A model generated the notes under the pieces. It searched no databases, had not been told where the DNA came from, and saw only the letters and a program-made list of their open reading frames with translations. From Prolixibacteraceae bacterium (GTDB lineage: Bacteria; Bacteroidota; Bacteroidia; Bacteroidales; Prolixibacteraceae), in assembly GCA_029265875.1 (NCBI GenBank), contig JAJUGS010000001.1, positions 1-47,353 on the forward strand: a stretch of 47,353 nucleotides of DNA, in the 5' to 3' direction. Below are positions 39,107-46,233 of the stretch, in pieces. Both the position numbers and the translations under genes were made by a program. Every line of letters starts with the position of its first letter. The stretch's first letter is position 1.

Positions 39107-41515
39107 ATGCGAAAATTCAGAATTGAAATATTAATATCGGTACTTACAATTGCCATTGGACTGGTGGTGGGTACAATTGGTTATCTGGCTTATAAAAGTC
39201 TGGAAGATATTATAGTGGAAATCAGGGAAGGAACACAGCCCGACAATAAGGTTTTTTTTATTAAAGATATTGCTGCTGACCTTACAAATCTTGAACACAC
39301 TGTCAGGTTTTATTTACTGACCGGCAGCAACCAGGATATTGAACAGTATTATCAGTTGGAAGACAGCATTCACCGGCAAATTGAAGCTTTGGGCAAACTC
39401 GGAATTGATGATGAAACAGATAAAATACTGATCGATTCGTTTATTACACTTTCGAATGATAAGTTGAAACTCTGGGATAAAATTCTGACGACACAACTTC
39501 CGAAACAGAGTTTTTTCCCTTCCTATTCCCAATTTTTTAAAGATGTCAGCGAACGGCAAGCCGATACAACGTCGGGCAGAAAAAGCAGCCGGGTACCCGA
39601 TTATTTTTCAGGAAGCTTAAAGGTTGAAAAAGATTCATCACCACAAATGGGCCGGGTGGAAATTGATTTACGAAGAAAAATCAGGCAGATGGAGTGGGAG
39701 ATGTATAAAAGTCAAAAACGCAAAAATGTAATTGAATCAAAACTGATTGAAGAAGATGCTATAATTAATGGGCTGATTGCCAAACTCATCAGGGATGTTG
39801 AAATCAAAAAGGCAGCCGACCTTGTAAAAAATACCGAAAAGGCCAATGTACTGGCCCAACAAACCATTGAAAGACTGTCGGTTTACACAGTTTCGGCAGT
39901 AGTCCTGTTGTTGCTCACGTTATTTGTGCTTTTTGTTTACCTGAGTAAATCGCGGGCAATGAGCAGGGCACTAACAAGTTCCCGCGAAAAAGCCGAAGCA
40001 TTGGCCAAAGCCAAAGAGCAATTCGCCGCCAATGTCAGTCACGAACTCCGCACACCCGTTAATTCGATTTTTGGTTTGGCAGAACAGTTGCGGCAAAAAA
40101 AACTTGATCCGGATGCAGCCGAAATGGTAACCGTAATTTTTAATTCGGCTAACCATTTGCGGAATATTGTAAACGACACCCTCGATTTTTCCAAAATTCA
40201 ATCACAAAAACTGGTACTCGATAAAGCCGGTTTTTCTCCGGATGCAGTTTTCACCGAAGTGATTTCGCTGTTTAAAAACGAGGCAATCAACAAGGGAATA
40301 ACGCTCGGTTTTCAATGGGAAGGAGAAAAACCCGCCGTGCTTGTTGGCGATGCATTGCGTTTGAAACAAATAATCATCAACCTGGTGGGCAATGCAATTA
40401 AGTTTACCGAAAAGGGGGAAGTCGCGCTGAAAGCAAGCTCCCAAAACAAGGGTGATAACAAAGTTGAGCTGACAATCAAGGTGGTTGATACAGGAATAGG
40501 AATTGAAGCTGATAAAATCGGTTATATTTTTGATGAATACGTGCAAATCGACAATCCTGCCGGTAAAAAATACAAGGGAACCGGGCTTGGGCTATCGATT
40601 GTAAAAAAACTTGTTGAGTTGCACGAAGGACAAATTGAGTTTGAAAGCCAGCCCGGAAACGGAACCTGTGTAACCTTGAGATTAAATTACGAGGAAGGAA
40701 AAGAACTGGAGCCCGGAAACGCGGGCGTGATAATTTCTGACATTCCGGAATCGTTTAAAAAAATGACTGTTTTAATTGTTGATGATGAGGAATATAACCG
40801 GTTCCTGATAAGAAATATTTTCAGAAAATGGGGAATCCGGTGTGTGGAAGTCAAGGAAGGGAACGAGGCTGTTCTGGCTGCACGAAACGAACGCTTTGAT
40901 TTTATCCTGATGGACTTGCACATGCCGGTAACCAACGGTATTAAGGCTGCCCGTCAAATCCTGAAAAATAATCCTGAACCAATTATTATCGCGGTTTCGG
41001 CAACAGTTGACGGGAAAGAACAACAAGCGTGCATTGATGCCGGAATGAAGGGGTTTCTTTTTAAACCGTTTTCCGAAAAAGAACTTTTTGATTTGTTGCT
41101 TTCATTTACCAAAACCGATTTGCTGAATCATCAGATTCAGCCTGATTATTCAGAATATATCAAACGGTTTTTGCATCTTGCCGGCGGTGATCAGAAATTT
41201 CTGGAAGAAATGATCCGGCTTTTTATACAGTCAATGGAAAAGGGCATTTCCGAAATCGACGTTGCAATTAAACAGGAAAAATGGGAGGAAGTTTACAACA
41301 GTGCCCACCGGATGGCGGCTCCTGTAAAGCACATTGCCGCGAGCGAACTGTACAGCCTGATCAAACAAATTGAGAAATTTGCACAACAAAAGGAAGCAAG
41401 CTGGGTTATATCAACCTATTCTGAATTAAAACCGGCGATTAAAGAATTGTTGGCTTTTTTGAAGTTATATGTCGAAGAAACCGGGAACGTAAGTCTTGAT
41501 GATAACAAGGTTTGA
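39107..41515 (+). CDS. Membrane-bound hybrid sensor histidine kinase (HisKA-HATPase-REC-Hpt)
   Basis: Two TM segments flanking a helical periplasmic region; NVSHELRTP; NLVGNAIKFT; GTGLGL; LMDLHMP receiver; C-terminal AHRMAAP Hpt-like helix. ATG at 39107; the ORF track uses GTG at 39086. Confidence 0.92.
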   Translation: MRKFRIEILISVLTIAIGLVVGTIGYLAYKSLEDIIVEIREGTQPDNKVFFIKDIAADLTNLEHTVRFYLLTGSNQDIEQYYQLEDSIHRQIEALGKLGIDDETDKILIDSFITLSNDKLKLWDKILTTQLPKQSFFPSYSQFFKDVSERQADTTSGRKSSRVPDYFSGSLKVEKDSSPQMGRVEIDLRRKIRQMEWEMYKSQKRKNVIESKLIEEDAIINGLIAKLIRDVEIKKAADLVKNTEKANVLAQQTIERLSVYTVSAVVLLLLTLFVLFVYLSKSRAMSRALTSSREKAEALAKAKEQFAANVSHELRTPVNSIFGLAEQLRQKKLDPDAAEMVTVIFNSANHLRNIVNDTLDFSKIQSQKLVLDKAGFSPDAVFTEVISLFKNEAINKGITLGFQWEGEKPAVLVGDALRLKQIIINLVGNAIKFTEKGEVALKASSQNKGDNKVELTIKVVDTGIGIEADKIGYIFDEYVQIDNPAGKKYKGTGLGLSIVKKLVELHEGQIEFESQPGNGTCVTLRLNYEEGKELEPGNAGVIISDIPESFKKMTVLIVDDEEYNRFLIRNIFRKWGIRCVEVKEGNEAVLAARNERFDFILMDLHMPVTNGIKAARQILKNNPEPIIIAVSATVDGKEQQACIDAGMKGFLFKPFSEKELFDLLLSFTKTDLLNHQIQPDYSEYIKRFLHLAGGDQKFLEEMIRLFIQSMEKGISEIDVAIKQEKWEEVYNSAHRMAAPVKHIAASELYSLIKQIEKFAQQKEASWVISTYSELKPAIKELLAFLKLYVEETGNVSLDDNKV

Positions 41516-41573
41516 TTTATTATAATTTTGAACTGAAATCGCTTAAAACCGTATGGGGTAAAAACTTTCGTGT

Positions 41574-42926
41574 ATGGATGAAAAACCATTTAAAATATTT
41601 GTTGTAGAGGATGATGAATGGTACAACAGGCTGCTGGTACACAACCTTTCGCTGAATCCTGATTATGTGATAGAATCGTTTACCAACGGAAAAGATTGTT
41701 TGAACAACCTGGATAAAAATCCGGATGTGGTGACACTCGATTACAGGCTGCCCGATATGCAGGGACTTGAGATTCTGAAAAGAATAAAAGCCGAAAACGA
41801 GGAAATCCACGTGATCCTGATCTCGGAGCAGGACGAAATTGACGTGGTGGTTGAACTGCTGAAATTCGGGGCCTATGATTATATCGTCAAATCACGCGAT
41901 ATCAGGGAGCGGTTGCTGAATACCATTCAGAATATCCGAAACGGGGTAAACCTGAAAAATGAAATCGTTTCGTTGCGAAAAGAAGTAAAAAACAAGTACA
42001 GTTACCAGAATACAATTATCGGGAACAGCCCGGCAACCAGAAAAATTTACGATCAGATTGAAAAGGCCACCCGCACCAACATTTCGGTGGCTATTACCGG
42101 CGAAACCGGAACCGGAAAAGAATTGGTTGCCAAAGCCATTCATTATAATTCGTCCCGTTCGGCAAAACCATTTATTGCGGTAAATATGGCGGCAATACCA
42201 AAAGACCTTGCCGAAAGTGAACTCTTCGGGCACGAAAAAGGTGCTTTTACGGGTGCCAATTACCGGCGGATCGGCAAATTTGAAGAGGCTAATGGCGGCA
42301 CACTTTTTCTTGACGAAATAACCGAAATGGATATTTCGCTGCAGGCCAAATTATTACGGGCTTTGCAGGAAAAGGAGATTGTGAGGGTGGGAAATAACAA
42401 ACCGGTAAAAACCGATTGCCGTATCATTGTTGCATCGAACCAGAATTTGCAGGAAAGTGTCAACTCCGGAAAATTCAGGCAGGATTTATATTATAGGCTT
42501 TATGGTTTTCCGGTGGAATTGCCGCCTCTCCGCGAAAGAGGAAACGACATCATCATTCTGGCAAAACATTTTATCAAAGCATTTTGCAACGAGAATAATC
42601 TTTCCCTAAAAACAATTACACAACCTGCCATCGATAAGCTGCTGTCCTATCCTTTCCCCGGGAATATCAGGGAGTTAAAATCTGTAATTGAACTTGCTAT
42701 CACAATCACTGATACCGATGAAATTACCGATGAGGAAATTTACCTGGGTAAAAATGTGATGATGGGTGATTACATCGAGAAAGAAATCACACTCAGGGAA
42801 TACAATATTAATATTGTAAAAAAATACCTCGAAAAATACGACAACAACATCAAACTGGTGGCCGATAAACTCGATATTGGTGTTGCCACTATTTACCGGA
42901 TGTTAAAAGAAGATTCGGGAAATTAA
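41574..42926 (+). CDS. NtrC-family sigma54-dependent response regulator
   Basis: REC domain (VVEDD, LDYRLPD); Walker A GETGTGKE; ESELFGHEKGAFTGA; LFLDEI; FPGNIREL; Fis-type HTH VADKLDIGVATIYR. Confidence 0.96.
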   Translation: MDEKPFKIFVVEDDEWYNRLLVHNLSLNPDYVIESFTNGKDCLNNLDKNPDVVTLDYRLPDMQGLEILKRIKAENEEIHVILISEQDEIDVVVELLKFGAYDYIVKSRDIRERLLNTIQNIRNGVNLKNEIVSLRKEVKNKYSYQNTIIGNSPATRKIYDQIEKATRTNISVAITGETGTGKELVAKAIHYNSSRSAKPFIAVNMAAIPKDLAESELFGHEKGAFTGANYRRIGKFEEANGGTLFLDEITEMDISLQAKLLRALQEKEIVRVGNNKPVKTDCRIIVASNQNLQESVNSGKFRQDLYYRLYGFPVELPPLRERGNDIIILAKHFIKAFCNENNLSLKTITQPAIDKLLSYPFPGNIRELKSVIELAITITDTDEITDEEIYLGKNVMMGDYIEKEITLREYNINIVKKYLEKYDNNIKLVADKLDIGVATIYRMLKEDSGN

Positions 42927-42951
42927 CCCGTAAAATTTTAACCCTTTTTAT

Positions 42952-42983
42952 TATCAAATTGATTAGAATCAATCATTTTGATA
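42952..42983. promoter_or_regulatory. Candidate upstream activator sites: two ATCA-N3-TGAT palindromes
   Basis: ATCAAATTGAT (42953-42963) and ATCATTTTGAT (42972-42982) together form a 13-bp inverted repeat with one mismatch, 70-100 bp upstream of a sigma54-like promoter. Confidence 0.55.
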
Positions 42984-43048
42984 GCTGAATTTTTTACTGT
43001 CGGACAATTAAATTTCAGATATTCAGCACAATATGCCAATATTTTAGG

Positions 43049-43065
43049 TTGGCATATTATTCGGT
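43049..43065 (+). promoter_or_regulatory. Sigma54-like -24/-12 promoter
   Basis: TTGGCATATTATTCGGT has a good TGGCA -24 box. The spacing is GG-N10-GG rather than the canonical GG-N10-GC. It lies directly downstream of a GAFTGA-containing activator gene. Confidence 0.5.
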
Positions 43066-43110
43066 TTACAGTTTCCAGTCAAAAACAAAAATTAAACAGG
43101 AGGAAAAGTT

Positions 43111-44040
43111 ATGGAAACTAAAGTAAAAACAATTGTGAGTTGGTCAACATTGGCAGTTTTAATGCTGGTTGTATTGATAGGTGGTGTAATGCTGGTAAAC
43201 GACAAGAACCAGATTGAAATGCTGAATCAGCAAAACAGAAACCTGAATGCTGTGATTGAAACGCGTGATTCGCTGGTGAATGACATGGCTGGCACTTTCG
43301 ATGAAATTGAACAAAACCTGACCTTTATTAAGGAAAAACGCGGTCAGCTTGTTCTTGCCCAAAAAGAAGGAAATAAAAGCCGGAAAGAAATGCTGGTTGC
43401 CGACATTAAACGCATGAACGAGATGCTGGCAGAAAGCAGCAAAAAAATTGAAGAACTTGAAAAAAAGCTGAAATCGTCAGGCGTTAATATAAAATCGTAC
43501 AAAAACAAGATTGAACAGCTAACAAAAACAATCAGCGAGCAGGACGAAAGTATGAAACAACTGCAGGCCGAGTTGGACCAGCGTGATTTTACAATTGCCG
43601 AGAAGGATATGCAACTGGCAAAACTGAATGAAGACATTCTTTCCAAAGAAGACAGCCTTTTGAAAAAATCGGCAATCATTGCCGAAAAATCGCAGGTAAT
43701 TGTTGAAAAGGACAACGAAATAAATAAAGCTTATTTTGCAGCCGGAACCCACCGCGAACTCATTGAAAAAGGCGTGTTAACCAAAGAAGGCGGTTTTCTG
43801 GGGATCGGGAAAAATATTTCAATCAAAGATGATCTGAACGAACGATTTTTTACACAGCTCGACATCAGAAATACAAGCCAGTTTCCGCTGAATGCAAAAA
43901 AGGCAAAACTGATTACCGAGCATCCGGCCAATTCTTACAAACTGGTTGAAGAAAATGATAAAATCGCGTATCTCGAAATTGAGAACCCGCGCGAATTCTG
44001 GAAACTTTCAAAATACGTAATTGTAGAAACAAGAAAATAA
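43111..44040 (+). CDS. Membrane-anchored coiled-coil protein resembling the Bacteroides Cbp1 adhesin family
   Basis: N-terminal TM helix, about 170-aa heptad coiled coil, and a C-terminal domain NKAYFAAGT.REL...GGFLG...FTQLDIR...HPANSY...EFWKLSKY recalled from Cbp1-like proteins. AGGAGG at 43098-43103. Confidence 0.7.
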   Translation: METKVKTIVSWSTLAVLMLVVLIGGVMLVNDKNQIEMLNQQNRNLNAVIETRDSLVNDMAGTFDEIEQNLTFIKEKRGQLVLAQKEGNKSRKEMLVADIKRMNEMLAESSKKIEELEKKLKSSGVNIKSYKNKIEQLTKTISEQDESMKQLQAELDQRDFTIAEKDMQLAKLNEDILSKEDSLLKKSAIIAEKSQVIVEKDNEINKAYFAAGTHRELIEKGVLTKEGGFLGIGKNISIKDDLNERFFTQLDIRNTSQFPLNAKKAKLITEHPANSYKLVEENDKIAYLEIENPREFWKLSKYVIVETRK

Positions 44041-44122
44041 CACAGAGGTTTTATTAGTCGCAAAACAAGGCATGTTTTGATTGCGGATAGTCAGTGAATG
44101 ATGTTCAGGAACATGTTTGTAA

Positions 44123-44161
44123 AACAGGAGAAATGAGATACTTTCTCCTGTTCTTGTTTTT
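44123..44161 (+). terminator. Rho-independent terminator after the coiled-coil gene
   Basis: AACAGGAGAAA (44123-44133) pairs with TTTCTCCTGTT (44142-44152) and is followed by CTTGTTTTT. Confidence 0.7.
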
Positions 44162-44289
44162 GCAACACAATCATCATTTTTCCAATCATCTTTAAACCGT
44201 GAATATTGGGATCCGGCTAATTTTTACTGAAACGACTAATTTGTAACTAAAAATTTTTGGTTATTTAGCCGTTCCAAGTAAAACAGAAA

Positions 44290-45060
44290 ATGGAGAAAAG
44301 ATCGTGCATTCTTTTTTGCCGGTGCAAGGCTGAAGTTATCAGTGCTGAATCGCTTGACCGCATTGCTTTTGGGTTGAAAAACCTGGCCGCCGATATTTTT
44401 GAAGTGCATGATTTGTGTGCACTGGCTTTGCATGAAAAAGATTTTCTGAATCAGCTCGGAAATAACTACCACCAAAAAATTGTGATTGCCTGTTATCCCC
44501 GTGCAATCAAAAATATATTCAGGCAAAACGCGATTGAAATGGGCGACTTCGAAGTGCTGAATTTTAAAGTACTTCAACCCGAACCCATTTTATCAAAACT
44601 CGAAACCGATTTTCAGGTTGAAAAAGGCGAAGCGCGTTACCAGGTTCAGATCACAGAACTTGATGTACCTGCCTGGTACCCGGTAATCGACGAGTCATTG
44701 TGCTCGCTTTGTGGGAAATGCGCCCGTTTCTGTTTATTTGGCGTTTACAGTTTCGATAAGAAAAACCTGAAAGTAGTCGATCCGCTGGCCTGCAAAAACA
44801 ATTGTCCGGCTTGCGGAAGGACTTGCCCCACTTCAGCCATCATGTTTCCGAGACTTGCGGAAAACACAGTTTTGGCCGGTGACGAACCAAACGGCAGCAA
44901 AATTTCAATCGATCGGGGAAGTCTTTTTTCAGCATTGAATACACGAAACCAGACCCGCCGGAACATTTTCAGACAGGGAGTTGTTGAACAGGCGGAAGAG
45001 GAACGCCGGAAAGCACTGGAAGAATTGAAAACCAAAACCGGGGGATTTAATTTAGGATGA
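44290..45060 (+). CDS. Ferredoxin-like 2x[4Fe-4S] protein with an additional N-terminal Cys-containing domain
   Basis: CSLCGKCARFC and CKNNCPACGRTCP cluster motifs; N-terminal FCRC...DLC...IAC pattern reminiscent of the HdrA N-terminal region. Confidence 0.85.
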   Translation: MEKRSCILFCRCKAEVISAESLDRIAFGLKNLAADIFEVHDLCALALHEKDFLNQLGNNYHQKIVIACYPRAIKNIFRQNAIEMGDFEVLNFKVLQPEPILSKLETDFQVEKGEARYQVQITELDVPAWYPVIDESLCSLCGKCARFCLFGVYSFDKKNLKVVDPLACKNNCPACGRTCPTSAIMFPRLAENTVLAGDEPNGSKISIDRGSLFSALNTRNQTRRNIFRQGVVEQAEEERRKALEELKTKTGGFNLG

Positions 45061-46232
45061 TTGGACGAATTCTGAAAAATACCGACAAAAAGTGCCTTTA
45101 CAAATTTTTGTACAACATGGGCGTAAAAGGCACACTCAGTTTTGCTCGTTACAAACAACGACTGAAAAAAGGGGATTTTTTCCCGGCTTTTCATTTTATT
45201 TCGGTAACCGACGATTGCAACCTGAATTGCCAGGGATGCTGGGTGACACACAAAAAAAAGAATGCCCGCATGTCGCCTGAAACACTCGACAGGATTATTA
45301 ACGAAACCAAAGCAAAAGGTTCTTATTTCTTCGGAATTTTAGGAGGCGAGCCCCTGATGTACAAACCACTTTTTGAAGTTTTGCGAAAACATCCCGATTG
45401 CTATTTTCAGCTTTTTACCAACGGGACCCTGCTGACAAAAGAGGTGGCCGAAGAATTACGAAAACTTTCGAATGTAACACCGCTGATCAGTTTTGAAGGT
45501 GACGAAATGATTGCCGATGTGAGACGTCGCGGGAAAGATATTTACCGGCGTACTTTAGATGCGGTGGAAAATGCCACTGGTGCAGGATTGATCACCGGCG
45601 TGGCCATGAGCGTCTGCAAATCAAACATGCAACTGGCGCTTTCCGATGAATTTATCAATTCGCTGATTCAGAAAAATGTGGCCTACCTCTGGTACTACAT
45701 TTACCGTCCGGTTGGTGCCGAATCAACGGTTGAACTGGCGCTCGATAAAGCCGAAATTCAGCAACTCCGGCAATTTATGGTTGACGCCCGTTCACGATTC
45801 GATATGGCTATAATTGATGCTTATTGGGATCAGGATGGAAACGGACTTTGCCCGGCTGCAACGGGTTTGAGCCACCATATCAACGCATCGGGTTTTATCG
45901 AACCCTGCCCGGTTATCCAGTTTGCAACCGACAATGTTTCCGACAAACCGCTTGAAAATATTTATCGTGAATCTGTTTTTCTGAAACAGTTGAAAAATGA
46001 GATTCTGAAGAAAACCAACGGGTGTATTATCATGGAAGACCCGCAGTGGCTGGTGGAAATGGTGGAAAAACACCATGCAGCCGATACTTCGGGCCGGGAA
46101 AATGAAATTTCGAGATTGAAATCAATGCCGCTGGTACCCAGTCACGGTTCGGGTGTTCCGGTGCCTGAAAAAGGCTGGATTTACAGGTTTGCCAAAAAAA
46201 GAGCTTTCTTTGGGTTGGGAGCTTACGGATAG
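45057..46232 (+). CDS. Radical SAM enzyme with a C-terminal Twitch/SPASM-like extension; substrate unknown
   Basis: CNLNCQGC (CxxxCxxC); GGEP; FTNGT; ISFEG; C-terminal CPAA...HINASGFIEPCP...GC. ATGA overlap with the upstream gene. Confidence 0.92.
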   Translation: MIGRILKNTDKKCLYKFLYNMGVKGTLSFARYKQRLKKGDFFPAFHFISVTDDCNLNCQGCWVTHKKKNARMSPETLDRIINETKAKGSYFFGILGGEPLMYKPLFEVLRKHPDCYFQLFTNGTLLTKEVAEELRKLSNVTPLISFEGDEMIADVRRRGKDIYRRTLDAVENATGAGLITGVAMSVCKSNMQLALSDEFINSLIQKNVAYLWYYIYRPVGAESTVELALDKAEIQQLRQFMVDARSRFDMAIIDAYWDQDGNGLCPAATGLSHHINASGFIEPCPVIQFATDNVSDKPLENIYRESVFLKQLKNEILKKTNGCIIMEDPQWLVEMVEKHHAADTSGRENEISRLKSMPLVPSHGSGVPVPEKGWIYRFAKKRAFFGLGAYG

Positions 46233-46233
46233 C

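Noticed and set aside
43030-43058. Invertible promoter (phase variation)
   Set aside because: The repeats enclose only 9 bp and there is no recombinase gene in the window.
45057-46232. Radical SAM gene as the anaerobic sulfatase maturase for the S1 sulfatase, or as a RiPP maturase
   Set aside because: It lacks the full Cys-rich two-cluster SPASM pattern, lies over 18 kb from the sulfatase in a separate operon, is coupled to a prenyl synthase, and has no precursor peptide nearby.
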